From NCBI GenBank assembly GCA_045600525.1, contig JAZRYC010000010.1, forward strand, positions 406 to 64,405: a stretch of DNA of 64,000 nt, written 5' to 3'. Positions 25,611-35,379 of the stretch are shown in pieces. The notes under the pieces were generated by a model, which saw only the letters and a list, made by a program, of their open reading frames with translations, made no database searches and had not been told where the DNA came from. Numbering within the stretch: the first letter of the stretch is position 1; each line of letters starts with the position of its first letter. The DNA is from Bacteroidales bacterium. GTDB lineage: Bacteria > Bacteroidota > Bacteroidia > Bacteroidales > WCHB1-69. Position numbers and translations under genes: made by a program.

Positions 25611-28463
25611 CTATTCTTTTACAACGCAAACGAGGTTTCTGTCGCCGAAGGCATCGTCAATCTTGCCAACGGTTGGCCAGTACTTCTCGGTGTGAGCCAT
25701 CGGGAAGGCAGCCTGCTGACGGGTGTAAGGCCGCGTCCATTCGTCAGCGCAAACCACATTCATGGTGTGCGGAGCATTCTTGATGACGTTGCACTCGCGG
25801 TCAGCACGGCCTTCTTCGATATCGCGAATTTCCTGACGGATGGAAATCATAGCGTCACAGAAGCGGTCGAGTTCGCTCAGCGGTTCGCTTTCGGTTGGTT
25901 CTACCATCAAAGTGCCATGAACGGGGAATGCCACTGTAGGAGCGTGGAAGCCGTAGTCCATGAGACGTTTTGCAATGTCGCCAACTTGAACGCCGGCACT
26001 GCGGTCAAACTCGTTGCAGTCCAAAATCATTTCGTGAGCGCACATGCCGTTGGTGCCGGTATAGAGAATCTTGTAATGGCCTTCCAATCTTGCACGCATA
26101 TAGTTAGCATTCAGGATGGCGTGTTCGGTAACTTGTTTCAAGCCGGTGCCGCCGAGCATCTTGAGGTAACCGTAGGTAATCGGGAGGAGGTAAGCGCTAC
26201 CATAAGGTGCGGAAGCCACCTGGCTACCTTGCTTGCCACCAACGGTAACCATAGCGTGTTTCGGCAGGAAGTCAACGAGTTTTTCGCAAACGCCGATCGG
26301 ACCAACGCCAGGACCGCCACCGCCGTGAGGCATTGCGAAGGTCTTGTGCAAATTGAGGTGACAAACGTCAGCGCCCATATTGCCAGGAGAGGTCAAGCCA
26401 ACCTGAGCATTCATATTGGCACCATCCATATAGACGAGACCGCCGTTTTCGTGGATGATCTTGATGATTTCGAGGATACCCTCTTCAAACACACCGTGAG
26501 TGGAAGGATAGGTAATCATCAAGCAGGAGAGATTGTCGCGATATTGTTCAGCCTTTGCGCGCAGATCTTCGATATCGACTTCACCGTGTTCGGTAGCCTT
26601 GACCACCACAATCTTGTTACCGGCTTTGGCGGAAGATGCGGGGTTGGTACCATGGGCAGAAGAAGGAATCAAGCAGATGTTGCGGTGGCCTTCACCGCGG
26701 CTGACGTGGTAGTTGCGGATTACGGTCATACCGGCATATTCGCCAGCAGCACCGGAGTTCGGTTGCAGAGAGATAGCCTTAAAGCCAGTGATCTTGCAAA
26801 GCCATTCGCAAACTTCGTTAATCATCTCAATGAAACCTTGAGCCTGGTCAACGGGAGCATACGGGTGAATATTGCAGGTTGCAGCCCAGCTCAGCGGGAG
26901 CATTTCGGCAGCAGCATTCAACTTCATCGTACAGGAACCCAGCGGAATCATAGCGCGGTTGAGGGAAAGGTCTTTCACTTCGAGCATCTTCATATAGCGC
27001 ATCATTTCTGTTTCAGAATGATATTTACTGAAAATGCTTTCCGTCATAAAGGCGGAAGTACGTGCCAAAGCAGCGGGAACGCGCGGGGTTGGGCAGCAAT
27101 TGCCGTTGCATACGTGTGGGGTGAATGGTTTATTGGCAGCTGTGGCAAGGATTTCGAGGATGAGGTTGAGGTCATCATGGGTGACGGTTTCATCCAAGGA
27201 GATACTCATACAGCTGTCGCACCAGTATTGGAAGTTGACTTTCTTTTCGAGAGCCACTTTCTGTACGTCTTTGGTAGTGATGCCAGCAGGAACTTCCATG
27301 CAAACAGTATCGAAGAAGTCCGTTGTCGGTTTGTAACCATATTTTGCGGATTCGTCGGCGAGTACGCTGGCGAATTTGTTCATTTTAATAGCTTTATTCT
27401 TAAGGCCTTCTGCGCCGTGCCACATGCCGTAGAATCCGGCCATGATGGCGGTCAGGGCACTGGCGGTACAGATGTTGGAAGTTGCGCGTTCACGCTTGAT
27501 GTGCTGTTCACGGGTTTGGAGAGCCATACGTACGGCGCGGTTGCCCTGCGCATCAACGGTAACACCGATGATACGGCCCGGCATCTGGCGGAGGAATTCC
27601 TCGCGGCAGGCGTAGAAACCTGCAGCCGGAGAGCCAAAGCCCATAGGGATACCGAAACGCTGGGTGGAACCAGTCACACAGTCTGCACCCCATTCTCCCG
27701 GAGGAGTGAGCAATGTAAGGGCGAAGAGATCCGTAGCGACACCCACGAAGATGTTGAGTGCGTGAGCCTTTTCAACGAAAGCTCGGAAATCGTGGATTTC
27801 ACCGTGTTGATTCGGATATTGAATCATAGCACCAAAGAAAGTGTTGTCGAGTTCAACTTCATCAGCATTGCCGATGACGAGTTCAATACCTTGTGGAGCG
27901 GCATTGGTCTGCATTACGCCGATACAATGTTCAAACACGTCTTCGGAAACGAAATACTTGCAAACGTTGTTTTTCTGTTGCTCGCGCGTACGGCTACGGA
28001 AGAACATGAGCATCATTTCGCCGGCAGCGGTAGCGTCGTCCAACATAGAAGCGTTAGCCAACGGCATGGCAGTCAGGCTGCTGATCATGGTCTGATAGTT
28101 CAGCAGGGCTTCGATACGTCCTTGTGAAATTTCAGCCTGATACGGAGTGTAGGAGGTATACCAACCCGGATTTTCGAAGATGTTTCTCAAAATCACTGCT
28201 GGGGTATAGGTGTTGTAGTGGCCCATACCGATGTAGGATTTGTAGATTTTGTTTTTAGCCATCAAACCATGAATAACGTTCAGGTATTCGCCTTCAGTCA
28301 ATCCTTCGGGAAGTTCCAAAGCTTTCGGCAGGCGAATGGCAGCCGGTACGGTTTTTTCAATCAGTTCGTCCATGGATTTGACACCAATGGTGGCCAGCAT
28401 CTTCTGCTGTTCCTCTTCGCTCGGACCATTATGTCTTCTAACAAAGTTATCTTTAATTATCAT
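25611..28463 (-). CDS. gcvP: glycine dehydrogenase (decarboxylating), glycine cleavage system P protein, single-chain form
   Basis: 950 aa. FxRRHxGP start, YTPYQAEISQG, and the PLP-Lys motif NLHKTF. Both the alpha-like and beta-like halves are present. Confidence 0.95.
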   Translation of the reverse strand: MIIKDNFVRRHNGPSEEEQQKMLATIGVKSMDELIEKTVPAAIRLPKALELPEGLTEGEYLNVIHGLMAKNKIYKSYIGMGHYNTYTPAVILRNIFENPGWYTSYTPYQAEISQGRIEALLNYQTMISSLTAMPLANASMLDDATAAGEMMLMFFRSRTREQQKNNVCKYFVSEDVFEHCIGVMQTNAAPQGIELVIGNADEVELDNTFFGAMIQYPNQHGEIHDFRAFVEKAHALNIFVGVATDLFALTLLTPPGEWGADCVTGSTQRFGIPMGFGSPAAGFYACREEFLRQMPGRIIGVTVDAQGNRAVRMALQTREQHIKRERATSNICTASALTAIMAGFYGMWHGAEGLKNKAIKMNKFASVLADESAKYGYKPTTDFFDTVCMEVPAGITTKDVQKVALEKKVNFQYWCDSCMSISLDETVTHDDLNLILEILATAANKPFTPHVCNGNCCPTPRVPAALARTSAFMTESIFSKYHSETEMMRYMKMLEVKDLSLNRAMIPLGSCTMKLNAAAEMLPLSWAATCNIHPYAPVDQAQGFIEMINEVCEWLCKITGFKAISLQPNSGAAGEYAGMTVIRNYHVSRGEGHRNICLIPSSAHGTNPASSAKAGNKIVVVKATEHGEVDIEDLRAKAEQYRDNLSCLMITYPSTHGVFEEGILEIIKIIHENGGLVYMDGANMNAQVGLTSPGNMGADVCHLNLHKTFAMPHGGGGPGVGPIGVCEKLVDFLPKHAMVTVGGKQGSQVASAPYGSAYLLPITYGYLKMLGGTGLKQVTEHAILNANYMRARLEGHYKILYTGTNGMCAHEMILDCNEFDRSAGVQVGDIAKRLMDYGFHAPTVAFPVHGTLMVEPTESEPLSELDRFCDAMISIRQEIRDIEEGRADRECNVIKNAPHTMNVVCADEWTRPYTRQQAAFPMAHTEKYWPTVGKIDDAFGDRNLVCVVKE

Positions 28464-28512
28464 ATTGATTATAAATTAGTTATTAATGATTTCCATTTTT
28501 TATCAGCGGAGG

Positions 28513-28520
28513 CAAAGATA
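28513..28520 (-). promoter_or_regulatory. candidate -7 promoter box (TATCTTTG on the minus strand) for gcvP
   Basis: Matches TAnnTTTG, 50 nt upstream of the start at 28463. Confidence 0.45.
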
Positions 28521-28541
28521 GTAAAAAAAGAAGTAAAAACT

Positions 28542-29057
28542 CTATAGCGAATGCTCTCTAATTTTTGAAACAACCATCGCAAAGTCAAAATGTTCGCCAT
28601 CAACAATCAAATTGGCCTGCTCATAAAACGGAGCGCGTTCCAACAATGTATCATGAATATAAGCGGCAAGTTCATCCTTCGACAATCCTCGTATAAGAGG
28701 TCTTTGTTTATGGCTGTTTCTGAGTCTGTCAAGCAGTATGTTTTCAGGGAGTTTCCAATAAATTGAAAAGCACCGTTCCTTTATCAGTCTCATTGACTCT
28801 GCGTTACAAGGGGTACCGCCTCCGGTTGCAATAAGCAAATCGGATTGTGGCAACAGCATTTCAAGCGTACTTCTTTCGCATTGGCGAAAAACAAATTCCC
28901 CATACTTTTCAAAAATATGGGGAATCGTCGCATGATATTTATCTTCTACAGCTTCGTCTAAATCAACGAAGCGCAGGTTCAGTTGTGTGGCCAGTTCCTG
29001 TCCAATGGTCGTCTTACCGGCCCCGGGGAAGCCTACCAGCACGATGTTTCTATTCAT
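28542..29057 (-). CDS. aroK: shikimate kinase
   Basis: NIVLVGFPGAGKTTIGQELA, DLD, and GGG (ATGGGTP) motifs. 171 aa. Confidence 0.85.
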   Translation of the reverse strand: MNRNIVLVGFPGAGKTTIGQELATQLNLRFVDLDEAVEDKYHATIPHIFEKYGEFVFRQCERSTLEMLLPQSDLLIATGGGTPCNAESMRLIKERCFSIYWKLPENILLDRLRNSHKQRPLIRGLSKDELAAYIHDTLLERAPFYEQANLIVDGEHFDFAMVVSKIREHSL

Positions 29058-29713
29058 TACTGAATATTTTCAAGAATAGATTCAATGAGATTTTCGGCAC
29101 AATCAGCAATATCGGAAATACGGGCCGGAAGCATATAGCACGGTGTTGTGAATATCATATTCTGTTTATCCGCGATGACGCCTCCCTGCTGGGTATTGAT
29201 ATGTTGTGAGCCGAACTTCTCCACATTTGCAATAGTACCTTCGTCATTTCCGATGGTGATAGTGATGTCGCCTAAAATTCGTGACAGCATCACAGGGGCT
29301 ATGCAGAGTGCACCGATGGGCTTTCCTTGATTATGGAAAGCATGAACCAACTGCGTCACATCCTCGCGAACGGAGCAATTTGGTCCTTCAAGGGCATACG
29401 TGAATAAATTCTTGGCCGAGCCGTTTCCACCAGGGAAGACCAAGGCATCGAAATCGTTCACGCGGCAATCGCTGATGGGGCGGACCTGCCCGCGGGCAAT
29501 GCGGGCAGCCTCCACCAACATATTGCGTTGCTCAGCCATCGGCTGATGCGTAAGATGATTCATGACATGATACTGTTTGTCGTCAGGAGCGAATATTGAA
29601 TATTCACAGTTATTGCGATCAATAGCCAGAAGCGTCATCACAGATTCGTGAATCTCACTACCGTCCAATGTTCCGCAACCGCATAATATCACAGCAAATT
29701 TTTTCATAATCAA
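29057..29713 (-). CDS. elbB: isoprenoid biosynthesis glyoxalase ElbB (DJ-1/PfpI superfamily)
   Basis: MKKFAVILCGCGTLDGSEIHESVMTLLAI...FPGGNGSAKNL...GKPIGALCIAP is collinear with E. coli ElbB. TAATG overlap with aroK. Confidence 0.82.
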   Translation of the reverse strand: MIMKKFAVILCGCGTLDGSEIHESVMTLLAIDRNNCEYSIFAPDDKQYHVMNHLTHQPMAEQRNMLVEAARIARGQVRPISDCRVNDFDALVFPGGNGSAKNLFTYALEGPNCSVREDVTQLVHAFHNQGKPIGALCIAPVMLSRILGDITITIGNDEGTIANVEKFGSQHINTQQGGVIADKQNMIFTTPCYMLPARISDIADCAENLIESILENIQ

Positions 29714-29719
29714 TGTTTT

Positions 29720-32700
29720 CTATTCTGTTTCTTGTTCACCTTCGGAAGATTGATCCACCTGTGGCTTATCCAAACTATAATAGAAGTTTCTAAAGGCATT
29801 AGCCCATTCCGGAGAAGTGGTGCCCAAAGCCTTCAATTGTGCTTCTGCAATGTCTTGGATCTTTTGTGCGTTTGCGCGATCGCCACACTTATTGACCAAC
29901 TGAACAAGCTGGTGAATTTCTTGGAAATCACCAGCCACGGCCTGCTGATCAAAGTCTGCCTGACGCACGCGCGAAGTGATATCCTTTCCTAAAATCTTAG
30001 CATATTGGGCAGCCGTCTTTCCCACTTTCAAATTCTTGCACTGGGACATAATGCTGCTTGCATCCGGGAACTTAACATTATTAATAAGGTAACCCAAGAA
30101 TAATAGATCATAATGGATATTGTCTTCATGCATGGTCAATGTTCTTTCATCGCATTGGTCATACCAATTGAACAAATCAATCTCTCCCTGCATGATGTCA
30201 TTGGCCATCTTCATGCCCTTTTGATTTCCACTCGGTGTATTCAATTTGAAATAATCCTGCATATAGAAGATGCAATTCTGAGCATATCCATACACATGTG
30301 ACATGACAGGCACGTAAGGGAAGATGTCGTTCGGGAGCAATTTATTACCTTGATCGAAGACCTTTTCAGCCTTTTCGACTTGTCCTTCGGCAAGCAACTG
30401 GTTGCCCAAACGGTTATAGAGCTTGCGAATCAAGGATATCAAACGAGTGTTGTCCTCATTATGATAAACTCTCGGATCATTAAAGCCACCCCAGTAGTAT
30501 GGATAGGGAGCTGCCTGCTTGGCATCCGGATGATTGAGAAGATCCACTCTGCTATGGTCGTTGAACACATTCATAAGATTATTGTAGAGAATGTCTGTAT
30601 TCACGCGACCGACATCGTAGGAATTATGCGGCGACTTAATCGGCACCAAACGATAAGCAAAGCCTTCCAATTGGAAATAATCTTCCAAACCGAGATAGGC
30701 TTCAGGGCCGGTGGTTGATGCATAATACACAGGACGTTCCCAATTGTTATTGGCAAGAATATCCATCATTACGATATAGGCCTTAGCCAATGGGTTCACG
30801 CCCTGGGTATTCATATTCCATTCCAAACGATCCACAATCAATGCAGAGTCTTTGGCTGCCACCGTACCATTAGCCAGTACTTTTGCCTTGTCCACCTTCA
30901 AAGAGAAGCTGGCGGGGACAGCGCGACCATTGCTACGATAGCCCGTATTCTGAGAAACCAACAACAGATGTCTCATATGATCAAATTCCGAAGATTTCAC
31001 ATAATCCATCACGACGTTCAAATCCACGAACTGATTTCCGGCGGGATCCAAGTACATAACATCGCGTGTGCCATCCTTATACTGATCCCATGTCATGGAG
31101 ATAGGCAGCGGATCAGAATTATAAGCTTTACGCTTCATTTGGTCCACATACCAGCTGGTGCTCAGCAGGGAGAGGTTACAGACACGAACATCTGTACGAT
31201 ATCCTTCTACCTCCTGGGCGTACCACAACGGGAAGGTGTCGTTGTCACCAAGAGTAAACAAAATGGCGTTCGGGGCGCAGGAGTCAAGATAGTTCTTGGC
31301 TATGGCCAAAGCTGTATAGCGATTAGAACGATCATGGTCATTCCAGTTCTGATTGCCCATCACACAGGGAACGGCAGCAAAGCAGATGACAGTGGTCAGT
31401 GCGGCACCGGCAACTTGTACGGATTTGCTTTTGAGTTTCTCAAAAAGATTGTAGAGACCCAACACGCCGAAACCCACCCAAATAGCAAAGGCATAGAAGG
31501 ATGCGGCAAAGGCGTAGTCACGTTCACGAGGTTGGAAGGCATACATATTAAGATAGAAGGCAATAGCCAAACCAGTCATGATAAACAGCATGAATACCAC
31601 AAAGGAATTCTTCGTATCCTTACGGGTTTGGAATATAATACCCACCAAACCAAGCAATAATGGAAGAAGATAATATCTATTGTGGCCGGGACGTTCCAAA
31701 GCTTTTGGAAGATTTGTCTGATTACCTACCATGGTCTTATCAATAAACGGAATACCGCAGACCCAGTTGCCGTTGATATAGTCGCCACGGCCTTGAAGAT
31801 CATTCTGACGGCCGGCAAAGTTCCACATAAAGTACCTCCAATACATAAAGCCGAACTGGTAGGTCTGCATAAACTTGATATTCTGCTGCCAGGAGGGAAC
31901 CTCATTACGTGCCAAGGCACGTCTGTTTTCCTTATCGGAAGCACTTTCCGAATTATAGCGGTTATTCAGCCAATTCACATATTCGCCACGCTTGTCGGGG
32001 GACCACATTCTCGGGAAGAGCATGCAGTCAGCCGGATCATAAATCGGTTTTTCCTGTTTGCGGTCATTGGACACCACATATTGTTTTGTAGTCTGGTCCT
32101 TCACATAGACGGGTTTTCCGTCTTTCCCGCCAATAGTTCTGGAATTATAGCTTTGACCATAGAACAATGGGTTGGAGCCATATTGTTCACGATTCAAGTA
32201 AGCCAACAAAGCCACAGCATCCTCTGGATTGTTCTCATCAATGGTTGGATTGGCATTGGAGCGAATCACCAAGGTGAAGAACGTGGAATATCCCACCAAG
32301 AGGAAAGCAAAGCAATAAACCGTCATCAGGAGAACCGGTTTGTTCTTCTTGTATCCAGACACCAATCCCCACGCGATGAGAGCGGCAATGGCGAGGAAGA
32401 AGAAAATAGTACCGGAGTTAAACGGCAAATTCAGTGAATTGACAAAGAACAAGTCAAACTTACCTGCCAAATTGACAATTTGCGGAATGATACCCCAAAG
32501 GATCAATCCAAGCAACACGACAGAACCGCAAAGGGAGAGGAAAACACCCCATTCGGCCTTTGACCTCAAAGTACCTCTCTTCACACATAAAACAAACAAA
32601 GGGATCGTGATGAAGATCCAAATAAGGAACATCCACATGGGAGAGCAGAAAAAGGCAAAGAAGAAGGAAATGATGTCGAAGGCCAATACGGCGCCCATTC

Positions 32701-33358
32701 CCGTGGCGTTTTTGGAGAGCTTGTAGTAAACAATCAGCACAATGGCCGGAAGCGTCAGCAAGTTCAGCAAATGCACACCGATGGAAAGACCGACGAGATA
32801 GGCAATCAACACAATCCAGCGATTAGGGTTCACATTCCCCTTCGGGTTGTCATATTCCTCATCCCACTTGAGGATGCACCAAAACACCAAAGCCGTAAAA
32901 AACGAGGACATTGCATACACTTCTCCTTCCACTGCAGAAAACCAGAAAGTATCAGAGAAAGCGTAGGTCATAGCTCCTACCAAGGCTGCACCCATCACGG
33001 CTACCGCGCGCGGGAGGTTCATTTCCCCATACTTGGCCACCAGTTTGCGAGCCAAACGGACAATGGTAAAATACAGTAACATGATTGTCAGACCACTGCA
33101 TACTGCAGACATGCAGTTTACGCAGAATGCCATCTTTGTCACATCGCCTCCTGCAAAGAGGGTGCAAATACGGCCGATAATCTGAAAAGTAGGTGCCCCA
33201 GGGGGGTGTCCTACTAAGAGTTTTGAGGTGGTGGCGATATACTCACCGCAGTCCCACCAGGAAACGGTGGGCTCGGCAGTCATGATATAGATGGCAGAAG
33301 CCACTATGCCAATGATAATGCCGATGAGATTGTTAATCAGTTTGAATTTCTTACTCAT
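29720..33358 (-). CDS. DUF2723-type large polytopic membrane protein (glycosyltransferase-like) with a soluble C-terminal region
   Basis: N-terminus YIMTAEPTVSWWDCGEYIATTSKLLVGHPPGAPTF is typical of DUF2723 proteins. Many TM helices. 1,212 aa. Confidence 0.65.
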   Translation of the reverse strand: MSKKFKLINNLIGIIIGIVASAIYIMTAEPTVSWWDCGEYIATTSKLLVGHPPGAPTFQIIGRICTLFAGGDVTKMAFCVNCMSAVCSGLTIMLLYFTIVRLARKLVAKYGEMNLPRAVAVMGAALVGAMTYAFSDTFWFSAVEGEVYAMSSFFTALVFWCILKWDEEYDNPKGNVNPNRWIVLIAYLVGLSIGVHLLNLLTLPAIVLIVYYKLSKNATGMGAVLAFDIISFFFAFFCSPMWMFLIWIFITIPLFVLCVKRGTLRSKAEWGVFLSLCGSVVLLGLILWGIIPQIVNLAGKFDLFFVNSLNLPFNSGTIFFFLAIAALIAWGLVSGYKKNKPVLLMTVYCFAFLLVGYSTFFTLVIRSNANPTIDENNPEDAVALLAYLNREQYGSNPLFYGQSYNSRTIGGKDGKPVYVKDQTTKQYVVSNDRKQEKPIYDPADCMLFPRMWSPDKRGEYVNWLNNRYNSESASDKENRRALARNEVPSWQQNIKFMQTYQFGFMYWRYFMWNFAGRQNDLQGRGDYINGNWVCGIPFIDKTMVGNQTNLPKALERPGHNRYYLLPLLLGLVGIIFQTRKDTKNSFVVFMLFIMTGLAIAFYLNMYAFQPRERDYAFAASFYAFAIWVGFGVLGLYNLFEKLKSKSVQVAGAALTTVICFAAVPCVMGNQNWNDHDRSNRYTALAIAKNYLDSCAPNAILFTLGDNDTFPLWYAQEVEGYRTDVRVCNLSLLSTSWYVDQMKRKAYNSDPLPISMTWDQYKDGTRDVMYLDPAGNQFVDLNVVMDYVKSSEFDHMRHLLLVSQNTGYRSNGRAVPASFSLKVDKAKVLANGTVAAKDSALIVDRLEWNMNTQGVNPLAKAYIVMMDILANNNWERPVYYASTTGPEAYLGLEDYFQLEGFAYRLVPIKSPHNSYDVGRVNTDILYNNLMNVFNDHSRVDLLNHPDAKQAAPYPYYWGGFNDPRVYHNEDNTRLISLIRKLYNRLGNQLLAEGQVEKAEKVFDQGNKLLPNDIFPYVPVMSHVYGYAQNCIFYMQDYFKLNTPSGNQKGMKMANDIMQGEIDLFNWYDQCDERTLTMHEDNIHYDLLFLGYLINNVKFPDASSIMSQCKNLKVGKTAAQYAKILGKDITSRVRQADFDQQAVAGDFQEIHQLVQLVNKCGDRANAQKIQDIAEAQLKALGTTSPEWANAFRNFYYSLDKPQVDQSSEGEQETE

Positions 33359-33389
33359 AACAGCTTTTATGATTATTAATGGTTAGATT

Positions 33390-34412
33390 CTATTTGGTGG
33401 CAGCCTTGAACTGCTGGAGGAAACGGACATCGTTCTCAAAATAGAGTCTGATGTCGTTAGTTGTATATTTCAGCATAGTCATTCTTTCAATGCCGAGGCC
33501 GAAGGCAAAACCACTGTATTTTTTGCTATCTATACCGCAGTTATCCAAGACATTGGGATCCACCATACCACAACCGAGAATTTCCACCCAGCCGGTGTGC
33601 TTGCAGAGATTGCATCCCTCTCCGCCGCAAATATAGCAGGAAATGTCCATCTCCGCAGAAGGTTCCGTGAATGGGAAATAGGAAGGACGAAGACGTATTT
33701 TGACATCTGGGCCAAACATACGTTGTGCAAAATAAAGCAGGGTCTGCTTCATATCTGCAAAGGAAACGTTCTCCGCAATATAGAGGCCCTCCACCTGATG
33801 GAAGATGCAGTGGGCACGAGAAGTGATGGCTTCGTTACGAAACACTCTACCGGGGCATATCACGCGAATAGGCGGTTGCTGTTTCTCCATCGTGCGTACT
33901 TGCAAAGAGGAAGTGTGCGTGCGAAGCAGCACGTCGGGATGTAGTTCCACAAAGAAAGTATCCTGCATGTCACGGGCAGGATGTTCTTCCGCAAAGTTCA
34001 ATGCTGTGAAAACATGCCAGTCATCTTCCACATCAGGCCCTGTGACGGCGGTAAAGCCGATATCTTCAAAAATCCTACGGACCTGGTTCATCATAATGGA
34101 AATGGGATGCATAGAACCCAACCCGATATTATTGGAAGGACGTGTAATATCAGAGATTCTGTCCTTGGCCATAACAGAAGTTTCCGTCTTGGCCTTCCAT
34201 TCTTCAAAACGTTGCTGTGCCAAGTCCTTCAAGTCGTTCACCTTCTGTCCGAACGACTTCCTTTCCTCGGGTGCGATGTTTTTAATTTCTCCGAAAAGAG
34301 ATTGCAGATCACTTTTCTTACTTAAAAATTTAAGGCGGAATTGCTCGAGTGCTTCCGCATTTTCTATTTTGAAACTTTCAATTTCGTTTCTAAGTTCTTC
34401 GATAGATTTCAT
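33390..34412 (-). CDS. pheS: phenylalanine--tRNA ligase alpha subunit
   Basis: Class II aaRS motifs (FRNEAI..RAHCIFHQVEG, GFAFGLGIERM). N-terminal coiled-coil region. Confidence 0.95.
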   Translation of the reverse strand: MKSIEELRNEIESFKIENAEALEQFRLKFLSKKSDLQSLFGEIKNIAPEERKSFGQKVNDLKDLAQQRFEEWKAKTETSVMAKDRISDITRPSNNIGLGSMHPISIMMNQVRRIFEDIGFTAVTGPDVEDDWHVFTALNFAEEHPARDMQDTFFVELHPDVLLRTHTSSLQVRTMEKQQPPIRVICPGRVFRNEAITSRAHCIFHQVEGLYIAENVSFADMKQTLLYFAQRMFGPDVKIRLRPSYFPFTEPSAEMDISCYICGGEGCNLCKHTGWVEILGCGMVDPNVLDNCGIDSKKYSGFAFGLGIERMTMLKYTTNDIRLYFENDVRFLQQFKAATK

Positions 34413-34423
34413 ATAGTGTATTG

Positions 34424-35149
34424 TTATTCGACAATTTTCATGCTGATAATCTTGATGTCTTCGAGCGGTCTGTCACTGCCGTCCTTTTGCTGTGCGGCAA
34501 TTTTGTCTACGACATCCATCCCGACAAGCACCTGGCCGAAGACCGTGTAGTCTCCATCCAAGAACGGAGCGCCGCCAACGGTGGTATAGGCTTCGCGCTG
34601 TTCTGCGGAAAATTTCTTTCCCGTACGCTGCTCTATCATGTCCAAGTAGGCATTGTCATAAACTTTGCCATCCACAATATAGAACTGCGAACCAGATGAG
34701 GCTTTGGCGGGGTTGTTATCACGCGCGGCAGCCACAGCCCCACGACGATGGTAGATGGAAGGAACGAACTCTGCCGGGATCCGGTAGTCAGGGCCTCCCA
34801 TGCCAAGACGCTGGCCAGGTTTTGCCGTCTTCGAATCTGGGTCTCCCGTCTGCACCATGAATCCTTGGATGATTCTATGGAAAAGAACTCCGTCATAATA
34901 ACTTTCCTTCACCAGTTTGATGAAATTGTCACGATGTTGCGGTGTTTCATTATAAAGGGCGATTTTGATATTGCCCATGGATGTTTTAATCAGTACTTCT
35001 GTCATCTTTGAGTTATCTTTTGGGGTTTCTTTCTTCATTTCCTTGTCGGAAGAGGCAACCTGCTGGCTGGGTTCAATCTTCTTTTGGGAACCACATGCAG
35101 ATACCAAAACTGCGACAATTAGAATCATTGACTTTGCAAATTTATTCAT
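34424..35149 (-). CDS. cyclophilin-type peptidyl-prolyl cis-trans isomerase, lipoprotein
   Basis: Lipobox VSAC. FHRIIQGFMVQTGDP...SQFYIV...LDGDYTVFGQV are cyclophilin motifs. Confidence 0.88.
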   Translation of the reverse strand: MNKFAKSMILIVAVLVSACGSQKKIEPSQQVASSDKEMKKETPKDNSKMTEVLIKTSMGNIKIALYNETPQHRDNFIKLVKESYYDGVLFHRIIQGFMVQTGDPDSKTAKPGQRLGMGGPDYRIPAEFVPSIYHRRGAVAAARDNNPAKASSGSQFYIVDGKVYDNAYLDMIEQRTGKKFSAEQREAYTTVGGAPFLDGDYTVFGQVLVGMDVVDKIAAQQKDGSDRPLEDIKIISMKIVE

Positions 35150-35204
35150 AAGTTGCTTATTATGAGTTATTTGATGTTATCCGTATAGATAGCGATAGAA
35201 ACGG

Positions 35205-35212
35205 CAAAGATA
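35205..35212 (-). promoter_or_regulatory. candidate -7 promoter box (TATCTTTG on the minus strand) for the PPIase-pheS-DUF2723-elbB-aroK string
   Basis: Matches TAnnTTTG, 56 nt upstream of the start at 35149. Downstream genes are separated by at most 31 nt. Confidence 0.45.
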
Positions 35213-35337
35213 TAAAATTTTCCCGATTTAACTTTTATTTTCATGATAAAGCTTGCACATAACTTTTGAGGAAGCGTCATTTCAAATTGTACTGTGGGCG
35301 AACTATTTTGAAATTGATCGGTTACCACATTTTTTTA

Positions 35338-35345
35338 TATCTTTG
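35338..35345 (+). promoter_or_regulatory. candidate -7 promoter box (TATCTTTG) for methylmalonyl-CoA mutase
   Basis: Matches TAnnTTTG, 35 nt upstream of ATG 35380. It lies inside the longer ORF-track call (35266), which argues for the 35380 start. Confidence 0.5.
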
Positions 35346-35379
35346 CACCCTCGTAGAAAATTATAAACTAAACAATATT

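Noticed and set aside
25692-28127. An 811-aa ORF on the plus strand, the second-longest uninterrupted frame in this part of the window.
   Set aside because: It is entirely antisense to gcvP, whose identity is unambiguous. Its translation has no recognisable motifs and a skewed composition (rich in H, V, A, G and F). This looks like a stop-poor shadow frame of a strongly codon-biased gene.
35266-35379. N-terminal extensions in the ORF track: 35266 for the mutase, 39430 for the metalloprotease, 39776 for YjbR, 45215 for HicA and 39888 for MNT.
   Set aside because: The extensions lack homology-like sequence. Some overlap the upstream gene or contain the gene's own TAnnTTTG box. Internal Met codons give proteins that begin with a signal peptide or with the canonical family N-terminus.
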